From: Balanoglossus misakiensis
Lineage: Eukaryota > Animalia > Hemichordata
Reading direction: 5' to 3'
Assembly: GCA_040954595.2 (NCBI GenBank)
Contig: CM082588.2
Span: 4,342,156 to 4,406,155, forward strand
Length of the DNA stretch: 64,000 nucleotides
Part shown: piece by piece, positions 36,644-51,000 of the stretch
Layout of the letters: the number at the start of each line of letters is the position of its first letter
Position numbering within the stretch: position 1 is the first letter of the stretch
Program-made: the position numbers and the translations under genes
Notes under the pieces: generated by a model
Told to the model about the DNA's origin: nothing
Seen by the model: only the letters and a program-made list of their open reading frames with translations
The model's database searches: none

Positions 36644-39600
36644 GCCCTAAAACCTGAAATCTGGTCCTCTGAAGTTTCGTGGAAGGGATTGTGAGACGTA
36701 AAAATGGTCCCGCGTCAGTTTCAAATTTGACGATGTCGTCTGCTAATCCGCCGAAGTAAAGATCGGAAGCCCCGGCTGATGCGTGCGTGTCACACGTAAA
36801 ATCATTCAGTGTTATGGTCAACGGCGATTACTTCGTGTCTGACGAAAATTTGGGGAGTTCTGGATGAGAAATCGACGGGAAACTCGACCAAAACCAATGA
36901 CGATTGATGGAGAAATCTACAACCTGCGTAGTTGTTTCTACTAATCTCAAGAGGGCGCTGTTGTATAATGTGAAATGTGATTTCTCGTGAATAGATTATG
37001 ATAATAAGCGTGGATATGAACATTTGTAAATACACTCAGATCACAATAAAACTTTAGTAGTTGCTTGCACTAACTAATACAAAATCTTTGATCCTGGTCA
37101 TTTTTAACCATTTATTGAATTATTGTTGGTCTATGCCTAAAATTAAGCTCTTAAAATTACCACCTTTATGATGTAATGGGTGGTTTGTTATACCAGTATT
37201 ATTAACTACTGGCTGAAACTGCATAGCCAATCACATACTTTCACTGGATGGACATGCTTAACAGTTCACCATCAAATGTTCTTTAGTAGACAATATTTTT
37301 TTCATTGGCTTTATCAAAGACACAAACAGACAGCCTCACACACACACATATAACACCAGAGCCTGACTTTGTATCAAACCAATTGAATTTATTGATGTAT
37401 CAAAAATTACCATGAAATGCTACATAGGAAAATAATACTTATAGAATTATTGAATACAATAATGGAAGATCTAGCAGTGTCTCTTTGCTTGTGGTTGACA
37501 AACTAAGAACATTCTCTCATAAGAGGAATGATGGAAAATGTCATGAAAACTGGGATTGTAAAACATAAGTACACTGGTTTGAATTCTGTACATGTAATAG
37601 AGTATACTTTTCCAGACTTTGTGGGCTTAAACTGATTCATCCCTATTATTGCTTTGCATTTCTATCTTCGACCTCACCACATGGAAAACTGAGGGTACAT
37701 GGAAAGGGAAACAATCAATCATAAACAAATCTTTCCCTCCTCATGAGAAAACTTATGCTGATGATGCATATGACCCTTGACCTTACTTTTTGGTTGTAAC
37801 GAAAAGTTTCTTGATCATGCAAATAAAATAGTTTCAAGTCCCACAATTTTTTCATTTCGTTCAGATCTCTTAACTGTCAAACAACATACCCAATTTAACA
37901 TATCAACTTTTTTTTCCCCGACAAGTCCAGTAAAACGGGTTTACATTCGGATGCGGAGGACATTTTAGTTGTCATAGCCACAAGATAGCACCAGAAATCA
38001 CAAACACTGCCCCCCTTGAGACGCGTCTGTCCCACTTTCAACAACTTTCTGGTCAACAAATTGGCCATCCCATAATATTTACCACAACTACCATATTAGG
38101 AAGCAGTCATCTCTTATTGCAGGAAGATACAGTAATATGAAGCTATAATTCACAAAAGGAGTATATTGAAATTTTTTTTTTTGTCTACAGTAATAAAGCA
38201 CTTAACCCCTATAAAACATTTTCACTCATAAATCAATTACCTCTACCTGCATATAATTATTGCTGAAAATTTTTTTTGTTAGTTATTGAATGAAAGCGTC
38301 TGAATTCAGAAATTGCTTCTCGTCCTAGCAGCATGGAAGGAGGCACTACCATGCCGGAAAGTAGAAAGTTCCTCAAACTTTCCCCGGAAATGTCTATCTG
38401 CTATCTACAGAACCGGAAAATAAGTGCGTAGAATATAGTGGGATATTAGATGCTCTAATGGTTCGTTTTATGGGAAAATTATCAGGAAATAATGATGTAT
38501 TGTCAAAATCCATCAATTCTACAAGAAAGACTATTTTTCTGTGTGCATTCTCTCTTTTTTTTCTTTCAAAAATCATCCCGTAAATGAAGTCATAATGCGA
38601 TATCTGGAACACTTCCCAGAATCTGAAAAAATTACTGATGGTTGGTTGGTTGGTTGCGTAGCAGAAAGATACAATTTTTGCACAGTCATCTTGTGTAGAA
38701 GTGTAAGAAATAAACAATCACAAACTGTGACATTTCTTTCTGGAAATAATACTGTTACCAGGAAATTCACTAAGAAAAGTAAATTAAATCACATAAACGA
38801 ATTCCATTAAGTAAATCACGCCGCAGGGGATAAAGCCATCACAAACATTTTTTTGGAATATACAAAAAAAAAATTCTGCATATCGGTCATTAAGTACATG
38901 GACCACAAAGGAGTCAACAGAAACCCAATAATTCTATCATGTTCGTTGCTATGACAACAAAGGAATAAATACCATATTGAAACACTGACGGACTGAAATG
39001 TGATGTCAACAAAATATCTAATGTATGAAAATATATAAATAAGTAGAAAAAACACAGACGTAATCATGGCCAATTACCATTCAGTGTTTTAATCAATTAA
39101 AGGCACATTGTATCTGGCAAAGTTTGGGCAGTAATGAAGTTAATGCTTTATATTAACACTGCCCAAATCAACACTACACTTGGCAAATTTTCAGATTTTT
39201 TGTACTTTTTTTTCTCTCTATTTAAAAAAATTTATGAACAGCCCACATGTTTGTGGGACAATGAATGAAAAACTCTGTATATGAACATACCTACACATAA
39301 CTGGTCGTCTACATAGCATGTCATGAGGAATCTTGGATGCAGCCTGTATGTTAAACCCTGCCACCCCTGAACTTTCTGTACAATGGTTTAGCCCCACTGC
39401 TGGACACACTTAGGATAAACCATGGCAGTGGACAAATGGGGAAAGAGGCTTGCTCTCTGTACATTGTTTTGAGCCATACAAGCTGCATCTAACATCACAT
39501 GGCATGCTTAAAATCTATTTACAATTATGGGCAGTTGAAACTAAAAAAAATCTCTAATGTATGTAACATATGTACATGTTTCTGATTCTCAGTGTGCTCC

Positions 39601-42004
39601 CCCTTGGAAGAAATGGTCTAGTCTGTTTCTCAACTTTGCAGACTTTTTATCTTTTCTGCACGTCTTATCTTGAAATATAGCAAGACAGGTTTTAGTTCAA
39701 ATTCTGTATTGTACATTAAAACAAACAACAAACAAACAGACAGTGAAATAATCAGCCTCGCTGTGAATAACAATACACATTGTCATGTGAACAGTGTAAA
39801 TACAAAGTTTTCGTCTACAATTTCATTAAATTAATATTCTGTTGTCAAGATGGAAAATGTTACAGCCTCTGTGCATAAAAGTTCTGCTTTTAATAAGAAT
39901 TACACAAACTTGCATAACGAATACAATAATTTTCCTATCAACTTATCCTTTCAATTTGCATAGATATACTCCCCAAATTGCATCTCTAAAATACCATAGT
40001 ATCAATTCTGTGACCAAACCATTTCTTCCAGAGGGGGTGAGAATCAAAATTTCAGAACACAGTAGAAATCAGCCTCTGCTTCTACCTTCCTTCAAATGGA
40101 ATCGTCTGTCTATCTATACAAGACTACTTCAGAAAATAAAACAAGTTTTGGTTTAAATAGAGAAGTGGCAAGAACTTCTTGTATAAGACGAAAGACAAAT
40201 AAATTCAGCTGATAAAGTCCTCTGCCACCCCAGGTTCAATGGAACAATCCTAAAGTTGTGGTCATTCCATTCTTGGGAAACAAGGGGTAAAGGCTCGCAG
40301 ACGGTGAGCTTCAATAGTAAAAATTTTATCAGTGAATAATATTGAATTTTTTTTTAATTCATCAGTGAATAATATTGAATTTTTTTAAACAAAACAATCC
40401 CTATCTACCATGATCACTCACTTTGATCAATAATTCACATTTTTACAAGAAAAGTTGGCATCAGCTTCGGCACCAAAAATACTGTCCTTTTTAGGATTTT
40501 TTGCCATTTCTGATTAAACTATTATTCTACATTCACTTGGAAAAGAGAGTGAATTTAAACTTGAAAAAAATAAATCAAATCAGGGCAAAAAAAAAAGTTA
40601 ATCTGCTTCATTCTAACGGTTGTCATGGAAACTGCATCCACTAACCTTGCATAATGGTTATTGCTGGTTGAGACATGGTATCCCTGAGAATGGCATAGCC
40701 ACTGCACAAGTCTGCGAAAGTGTCTGTGCGTCTCTGCACACGAGTATACACAATTCCACTGAACATTGTATGGGTCCTTTACTAAACTGAGCTTGGAAGA
40801 GCTGGGAAAAGGCCTAGCTAGCGACATTCCCTCAAGAACTTTGGCAAAATTTAAAATGTGTCAAAGATCCATACATTGATGACAAGTCAATATTTGCGAT
40901 CTACATTTTGGCACTAATGCTTAATCTATCTTTTTGTTTGTAAATTGATCATTTTCACTGGTACATTACAGAGTGATGGGAGACACTGAAAATACAAAGA
41001 AAGGTTGCAAACACTTCAAGGGTTACCAGAACATTTGCAAGCCATGGGTTCACCCCACCACAGTTTCAACACAAAATAATCCATTCCGAAAACTACCACA
41101 TATAGAAATAAATCTGGTTCTGAATTTGGACAACCCACAATTTGTTTCGTTCCTTGCATCCATAACTGTAACTTGCATAGAAATATCATAAAACGTCCGT
41201 GGTAGGATGAAACTATGGCTGGGAAAATATTCTGGATACATAATGAAGAAGGTACATGAACTCAGCAATGGATGTAGTGTGGTCACCTTGTAAGCCTTAG
41301 GAGGAGAGTCTCTTACAGCATTCAATTAAACCTTTACCTTTTATTTTCACATTACTGGAAACTTCACGAAATAAACCACCAAAATGAGCTCAGGGAGAAC
41401 TTTCCATTACTATGGCAACAGGGTGACCACTTGCATAAAAATTAAACAATCACAGATCAGTTGATTATTAAAATGACATATGCAGATTCATAAGCCAAAC
41501 AGGGAGCACTAATCAGGTCAAAGGGCAAAGGTCAGTGTATTACACAGCCACAGGCTTTTGGCTCATTGATTGATACATCCCCTTGCTTGTTAGTAATTAA
41601 ATGCCATGACATAGACACCTCAATGATGGAGTCTCGTTTTATTTTCTCTACAACATTCATGAGGTAGTGGATCAATAAATATATATATATATATTTGTGA
41701 TTGTTTATAATGTTTGTTGTTGTTTTAATGTCTTCATCCTTTACGTAGGCACCCATCACCTTATTTATACAAGCAATGTTTTTTTGTGTGTCATCCATCG
41801 ATTAGTAGAGTAACTCCAGTGGTAAACATCGACAAGCCCGCTAGTAAGAGTGATGGAGGTGGAGAGACTAGCTATGGAGATGAGGACTGGACTGGACAGT
41901 AACAGTGATGCATACCTTTCTGCGCACTTTGCTGGTTTACAAAGACACGGACCGTGACATAGGTGGAGTATACTTGTGCAGTGATGCTTGGGTTAGTGGC
42001 TTTA

Positions 42005-45000
42005 CTAGTTGCCAGTGGCAGCTGGGGGTTAATTAACAAAAATCAGAGAAAAAAAGAAAGAAAAAAATTTTGGTTAGTATCGACATAATGGCATCATGAA
42101 AAAGAATCAATGTAAAGTCAGCTGGTATAGTTTTGTTTTGTCGTTTTTTAATGTTTGTTTCTTGGATACACATTTATAGCATGCAAAGATGATATGATGA
42201 AACGTCAATGAAGCTGGGAATGACTGGACAACCATGGCAGAGGGTGAGATTACAGACAGACAAGACAAACAAAGTCGGCGTGACCGATTCTGTTTGTGTC
42301 AGAAAGAAAAAAGGCACCACGCTGGCGAGGCCCTCTTCGATGAGTCCATGTTGCCGGCGACAACGCGAGTGTCGTCACGAGCAACAGTACTCACAGAAGA
42401 GTGAAAAAGCCTGGTCAGTGTTGAGGAGGTAAAGATGAAAACGTGCTTTCCAGCACAGCTATGTAAGCCGATGCATGGTAAAAGCACAATCGATCAATGT
42501 ATAATCGATGTTATAAGACACATTGAGTGATGATGGAGAAAAACAGAACAGTTATAAGCAGATAGTTATAAAGCCACCCGTAATTCCTTAGACACAATTG
42601 ATTAGAAAGACAAAGTAAACATTAATGTCAGGTAGAATTTTTGTATCCTTGGAATGAGTGGATCATTAACTGAAATGAATGTTTCATTAGACAAGGACAC
42701 GGGCAAATTAAAATTCCCGGAGAAACAAAAATAGATAGTATAGTTGAATCCCAGTCTCTGCCACGGTTATCAGTCTTATACATATATTACATAAACTATG
42801 TTAGTTTCCTTTCTGTCTAATTAATGTAATATTAACCATTAATACATAGTCTTATTCCGTTAAAATATTAAAACATTGTATTAACTTCTGTTAGATTTTA
42901 CTAGTTTAGCTTAAAACTTTCCAAATTTCAAAACAAAATTAGAAAAAAAATAAAACAAAACAATTTTTTGAAAACTTCGTCGATAGCTTTATTTGCCATA
43001 ATTAAACCACAAAAATACACAGAATCAGCAAAAATATACAGACATTCTCTCTGAGATTCAATTTTTTCATGTTTTTTTTTTTAAATATTTTATGCGAAAG
43101 TTCTTCCTACCACTTACATGAAACGACAGAATAAATGCAAATTTTCTAATATAATTTTATATAACATCTAAGGCCTTTGTCTCACGAAATCAGAAGCAGT
43201 TCATTGTCAAAAGCAAGTACGCCATGATTTTTTCCGTTGCAGAATGATTGTACTTCGACTTAATACATGCAAGCGGACCTTATTTAATGATAAAAAATCT
43301 AACAGTCGTCAATTTTTCCCTAACAGGTATGGCCAATATTTCAGTGAATCTTTGACCTTTCACCTTTTTGAACTATGACCTATCAAAATTCAGACTTGGT
43401 CTTATAACTGTCCTTTATACTTTATACATGCTTGACTACACAGTCAAAAAATCTACAGATAGTCGTATGCTATTACGAGATATACTGGCCCTGTCTCACA
43501 ACAGGCTATATAAACTCTGCCACTATACATATAAACACGATACTTGAACAAAAACGGAACTTTTTTGTTTGAACCCTTTACAAATACCCCTAAAAAATTT
43601 CCCTCACTTTTCTTTGGAAAAAAAAATAACAAATTTACAATGATATTCAAATATCATCTTGCATAAGGTTGCTACAATTCATAAACTATACCAGAAAAAT
43701 CGTCTCAGTAATACACAAATACATAGAAATATATGATTTTAAATCGATCAATAATCAATACCCTTTGAAACATAATCAATCACCAGGATGTGCCTGAAGA
43801 AGTCTAGATTGTTCTACATTCACTAATTAACATTAAACCTCTTACCAAATTTTCATGGTTTTTAAATATACCATTTTCTCATATAATATTTCTTTTAAAT
43901 ATATGGCTGAAAGTGATATTCCTCCATAGAATAGAAAATTCACTTGAATATAAAAATATTCAGAAGATATATATAATTACCTCTATAGTATAAAATGTCA
44001 TTTGATTTGTCTTGACAACAGAACCCTAACACAGACATCACTAAAACTAGACTTCTTGCAGACAGCATACCTTGTTTTGTTTTTTTCACGCTTACTTAAA
44101 AAGAACAGAATCTGTGGTCCCAAGCAGCGCACAAAGACTTGTGATTATTTTAATGTGTCAATTGAAGCAGGAGATGTTTACATTGACTGCTGAAGGGTGA
44201 AAGTGAGTGAAAATCAATTCTGCAGATGTTCGTCATTTTTTTTTGAGTTTTTAGTTTTTGAAATTAGGGATGCACTTCTTGAGACCAAAATTCATTCTGC
44301 TTTTAAGATTGTTAATAACGCATTGCCAGCAAGGATAAAAAGACTGAAGGGTTCCCAAGCTTGCAGTATCCGAATTCATGCCCGGCTAAGAATCATATAG
44401 AGACTTGGTCACAGGTCAGGTGATCAAGTCACATGATCAAATCAGGTGGTCAAGTCCAATTTCAATATAGGGAATAAACATCAGAGACGAAAAGGATAAC
44501 GTACACTGATCGCTTCAAATATCTGTTAATCTACATCAGACATTTTTTTTCAGGTATGTTAACATTTCTTTCCTTGATTCAAACAATGCAGGGGTTTGGG
44601 GAATAATTTCTGTATGTCAGCTTAAATAGGAAACTGCAAGCTAGGGGTTTTAATGTTGAGAGAGAGAGAGTGATGAAGATAAATTGGGGGGAAAACAAAA
44701 AGCTCAAAAGATGGTGGGTATGAGAGTGAGATTTCATAAGTGAACTAACCTCGCTCAAGGACAGCCCTTTGATAGGGATGTTCCCTGACAAAGCGCCTTG
44801 TTTTGGGTACAGCACCTAGAGAACATTGCCATGCCAACAAGTTAACAATTAAAGCCATACTTTCCACTGTGTCCAAAAAAAAGGAGCCTCACCAACACAG
44901 TTTACAGCCACTAAGAACACAACGGATAGACTCGGAAACAAACAGTACATTCTTCGAATATTTTTTTTAAAGGTAGTAATGTTTTTTTTTTAAATCTGAC

Positions 45001-48000
45001 AGAACTTTCCTCTTAAATTCTGGCCACCACTATTGCACAGTTGTGTACTTTTTGATTGATGTTTAGATTTTTGTGCGAGTTTTCCACACAATATCCATGT
45101 TAGTTCTAGATTTTTAAAGACAAAACAGTGATTTTTTTAGGGTTGAATATTGGATATCTTCGATAAGAGTAGATTTTTCAGTTCAAATTTAGAAGCACGC
45201 AACAGACAGGCCCTTTCATTCCAAAGATTTCTGATATCATCAGTGACATTTCATCTTTTAGAGTTGTAAAAAAGTATTTCAGTATGTAATATAAATATTT
45301 TTGGCTTTGCTACAATTTTATCACATGCAACCAGCTTGTTGAATTGAGTGATTAGAACTCTAGATTCAGTTGGCATTTTATGACAGACATTTCACTGACT
45401 GACTCAGTTCAAATGCCAAAATGTGGAGTTCCTTGACAAAATGGCTAATTAGAATTCCACTGATTGGATCATTTTAATCACATGATAAGCTAGAATTCCA
45501 CTGATTGGGTCACTTAAATCACATGATAAGCTAGAATTCCACTGATTGGGTCATTTTAATCACATGATAAGCTAGAATTCCACTGATTGGTGATTTACCT
45601 GTCATTCACCAGATTCCGCGAGAGGCTTGACTTTGTGAATAGAAAAGTAAAGAGAACCTGTTTTTACATGCATACACAAAGTTTGGTCTTTTTTTTCATG
45701 GTTTTACTTGAAAAAAATAGGAGTTGCAGGTTGCATGAGTATAAGAATAAATGAATGCAGCAAAAATAACTTGAAATTATTTGTGAACTAATAATAAATG
45801 GAATGACACCGAGTGACAATCGCAGAACTAAAAGGTGAAACAGTAAAAAACAAAAATACTGAAAACAGGTGTGATCTGTAAACTGTGTGGTGTTAGGCTT
45901 GACTGGTTGTTGGAAGTAGATTTACTGTAACAATACCAGGAGTATATAAAAGATGGTTAAAACAGACCAGTGGGACGTATTGAATTGTTAGTCAAAGGAC
46001 ATGCTTTGAACATAACCACTTAACCACAGATGATAAAAGCAGCAAATATGGCGTGAAAATCAAATAATTTAAGTACAAATCACCATTGTCAACATGCAGA
46101 AAGCCTAGGAAAATGTCTTCTTTCCAGTTGTAATTATATATTTGATTTTTCAAATTCGTTTTGCACATATATAAAAAAATATTCTTGTCTCTGTTCTGAA
46201 ATGTCATTAAAAATGCATCCCTTAGTGGTCACATTATATAATGCAGTGGGTGGGGAGTGAACTTACGTTTGAGCAGATATTCTACAAGACTAGACTATGG
46301 TGTGTTGTAAATGAAACATTCTCTCTCTGATTGTTCACATGCTGTTGATTGATATTTGTTGACAATGTAAAGAAAATACTGTCTTTTTGTTTATCGAAAG
46401 TGACCACTATGGGGCGCTTTTAAAGAACTTGCTCTTCACAGAAAAATACTGTTTTGTTTTGTTTTGTTTTGCTGGCTCGTTTCTCCATACTGGTGCCATG
46501 CATGCATTGAAGGATGCTTGAGATCAGCTGGTAGCCCAGTACTTACCAACGGTGGCGGTGGCTTCGACTGGGTACTCCAGAAGAGCTGGCATAGCATAGG
46601 GATATGTCTCGTAGTGGGGGTAGGCCAGTGCCGCCTCGTGGGGGAGTAACGTCCCGTGAGGCAGACCGTTGGCAAGAAGGGCTTGGCCGTTAGCCATTCG
46701 TGGCATTAGCTGCGAGCTGATGAGGTGGGGGTGCACGGCCGGCGTAGGCGAGCGTAGGGCTTGTGGTAAGACTGTGTTTGTTGGCACCATAGATGTGGGA
46801 GCATCTGGAAGGAAACAATTGCCCATGTAAAATAGCTCAGGATGCATTTCCCTCAACTTGGCATCTAAATAGAAATATACAAATATGCTCATTTTTTGAG
46901 AGATAATGGTGACATGTTGCATTCTTAAACTAAGTTATCACATCTCCACCTTGAATCCAAAGAACATGTCTAGTCCTATTAACTGTTAACTTGACAAATT
47001 ACAGAACGTTAGCAGAGATGGTCGATCATCAGATACAATATAGACAGACAGAGAGATTTCTGTTAGTCCAGTCTAATCATAGAAGTAATTCACAATGCAC
47101 GCACACATGCACACACACACAAAACAGCCATGTCAAAAAGATCCTATCAGACATTCATCAACTCCATCCAACATTAACAGAACCGACTTCCGTAGCAGAA
47201 ATTTGATGTTTAGTGAAAGACTTGAATCATTAGAGATTATTGGTTCTTGTCTTCTTTTTTTCTACAAACTTCTGAAAAATCCCCTTTGACATGGAAAGCC
47301 AACGTACAAACCTTACTAATAGGAATCTAATTGGCAATTAGTGGATACCTCTTACCATGATAGGATTTTACCTTGCTCCAATATGTCAGTAACAGCTACA
47401 GATTTTGAAGTTATGTTATTTCCATCTTGACATTCCTTAAACCATAAGACATTAATCACTATGACAACTAATGACTATGTGAACAATTCTCATAACCTTG
47501 AACAGCCTTTTACTTCATGCTAAGGGGTCAAATAATATTATAAATTGCATTGTGGGTAGTTTTGGAAGACAATATATCATCTGCCATCTTGAAATTTTGG
47601 TTATGATTTTTATCACTCACCTAGGTAGTAAAAACCTATTCAAGGTAGTGAGAATTCTCCAAAGCTACACATATTGAGAAAGAAGTGTTGGTTGTAACTT
47701 ACAAGACGGATACTCACTGTTGGGAGCATTTTCTCTGAATGTTCCCCTGAGTATCGCTAATTCCATCAACTGTCCCTTCTTCAAATTATCTTCGCCTTCT
47801 GCCTGCAAAGCAAAGAAAGAAAGATGGCGGATTGAGATGGGGATTTAACAGTTGTAGTGAAGGAGGTGGTGCTTGTGAAATTGGGCACAACTTCTGATCC
47901 TTTCTCGCTTGAAAACAAAGACAAACACACAAAGCCAAAGGCTGATTCAAATATTACCACCTCAAAAAAGAAAGGCTCTAAACACAGCTGACGGAGAGGG

Positions 48001-51000
48001 CAGTCTTCTGAGCGATGCCAGTAATCAGGGTGTGGCATGCAATGAATGTCTGAGATATCTCAGAAGTATGCATGAATCATGGATGTCGAAAGTTTGTGTC
48101 GCACAGAAAATACCCCACTTTGGGCTTCCAGAATCTTGACTTGATAACGACGACATGAGCAGAGATTTTAGTGAGAGTGTTCTGTGATTGTCTCCAGAGT
48201 TCGGGTTTAACATGCAGTTGTGTATGAAACTAAAACGTCCAGATAAGAGGCTAAAATATTCAAGGTCAGAGACTAGAACACTTGCTGGAAAAACTTCAAG
48301 AGAAAGTGACATCAGATGCATTATTTACACTCCAAGGATACCACGCCACTTCGAGATATTTACTGTCTGTGTTGTGTTGACAAGTTGTTTGTGAGCACAG
48401 GACACTGGAAAGCGATCCATCTTGGCAAGAGCCCACCCCCAATGTCATCATTCACTGGTCCTGGCCAGTTCTGCCTGGCTGAACCCTGGAGGGGGGCCTC
48501 TCCCAGAGTGATATATTGCATAACTGCCTGACAGCCATTGTCTGCCTGTGTTTGCAGTGTCTTCATCCAACCACTGAATCAACCAACCGATTACCACCCT
48601 CCCCCATATTGAGGGAGAAAGTTTTTCTCCTCTAGGAGAAGTCAACTGAACTGGTATCCCCTTGACCATGAGATACATACAATACTATTACATGTTCCAC
48701 AAAAATGATCAAAAAGTTATAGACTTAATCTTGTGATTGCAATACTGGTCCCTCAGAAGAGGGGACACAGCCAGAGACAGTTCCCTCCATATGAAACCCT
48801 ACAAAACTACCCCTCCCTCTGACTGATACAACAAGTTGGTTCCCCTCTGCAAAACACACCAGCTACGCATAAGGCTACCTGCCATGGTTATTATCATACC
48901 AGCTAACCAAGAATGCATTCAGGTCACACTGTGGAAAAAAAACCCTGCCCCAACATAAATCACTGTCATCAGGCAAAGGAAAAAAAAACTTTCAAAAGAC
49001 TCGGTCCCACTTGGTTAAATCTATCGGTCCCACTTGGCCAGCTCAGAACAGAAGTCGCCGAATTTCACCACATAGTTATGCATGTCTGTCGTCTTTGACC
49101 CATTCAAATGCTACGTCCCTAACACCACAGTGGCAAAAGTCGTTGCCAGAATATACCAATGGCCCAAACAGGAACTTCACACGGATTTGTTATCTCTCTC
49201 TCTTTCATTAAAGACAGATAAATCTGGGTATCCCACACTAAGAAATGCCAGCTCAAGGAAAGTAGAATGATACATTATGTAAATGTTTTGCTGTCATTTA
49301 AATGTGTACAAAACCACCCCTTTAACAGAAAAGAACTTCCCATTTATTGGTTCCACGATTAAACAAAAAAAATTGCCACCTTTTCCCTTTTCTGTCACAA
49401 AAAAACCTCAACATACTTCAGAAGGAAACACTATGTGGTGTAATCTGACTGGATATAAGACCATGTAGTTCAACAAGCCACAGTCTGCCAATTATTACAT
49501 TCTTTTTCTTCTTCTTCAAACGCTCGGCTAGGTAAGGTGTCGTACGTACATGTGTTTGTTCTGAAACGTTACACTGTAGATTTGTACTTTTGAAGAGACG
49601 GGGTCAAAAAGGCATTCGTAGCATGGATTACAGCTACGCTGCATTTCAACAAGGACATGTTGTTTGCAAACTGGACTGTACGTGTGTCAAGATGCAAACT
49701 GGATTGTACCATGATGTACCCAACAGCGAAAGGATCAATGCCACACCGAACGTTCAATTTGCAATTCAGAAAAGCCTGCACGGAGCTGCTTACATTTATA
49801 CGAGAGTCCTTGCATAAATTGAAATCAAAGATATCCCCCAAATACATGTGGCCCACAACAAACCAGATGGATAAAATTTGCAGACTGACATATCGGATAT
49901 CACTGTGCCTGATTTAATTTGATACTTAAGCTGATCTCATCACTGGCTTGCTTAATCCAATCCAGAAATTCACACTATACCCTGAAATCACAACTAATGT
50001 GCAGCTAGTTCACATGTGAGGTGATTTAATTTTAACGCTGGTTTCTATGACTGCCTGTCGAGGTCTGATGTTAGGATCCGTGTAGTATGCGATACACTAT
50101 TCCTCCATTTTCACAGACGGGTGTCTGTCCGTCTGTCTGTCTTTCTGTGCTGCGTGGCACTGACTGCATAATCATGAAGCATACACTGAAAGTCCTGGAT
50201 TGGTTTACATGCAAGACTCTTCACACTGATGGATTCAACATGGCCCATTAAAATGTCATTTTGCAGAGTGAACAGCCAAGAAAGGAGAGTTTCTCTGCGT
50301 CTAAAATAACGAATCTACATACAAGTGAGGCCTGGGGGTTAGTTTACCAACAAATAAAATGCCAATGATCACAATTAACAGCCTGTTACAGATATTTGTC
50401 ATTGTTTTAGTTTTTCTGTTTAAATTACGACTCAAGAAAATGTCACCTCTGACTACTTGTCATATGAAAAATAAATTAATTAATACTCATGATTTATACC
50501 TAATTGGTACAGAATGACCTTATTTTAAGAAATAATTATCAAGCAGAGTTATCTAGTGAGGTCATCTAATTACTCGCAGTTTCTGGAGGCTGATGTTTGC
50601 TATCAAGAAAATTTATAGATTCAAGTTATGAAGAAAAGCGTATATTGATTTGTTAGGTGCCTAGCACATTAAATCTAGTTTTCATTTCACCAGAACTCCT
50701 TCCGGAATTTAATTCTTTGTTAACGATTAGCACCTCTTCGCCAGGTTGTCTGTTATTTTTTTTTTTTTTGATGCACTGCATACCAGATAGCTCCAACCGG
50801 AGAAAAATCAATAGCACCTTGAAAGGTATTTCTGTGCATTGTTTGCGTTTCAGTGCATTATTTCTCAAAGACAATTAGGCTGATTAACTGTGGGGGAGCA
50901 AAATAAACTACTAGGAGAACAATTCAGGTTATTGTTTAAAACTTCGATTGTTTCACAATGATCTGTTCCAGAGGATCTGACAGATTAGTCTGATGTTTTT

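Noticed and set aside
40329-40386. Short direct duplications (also near 22277-22306 and 49001-49037)
   Set aside because: Two-copy local slippage duplications with no further structure.
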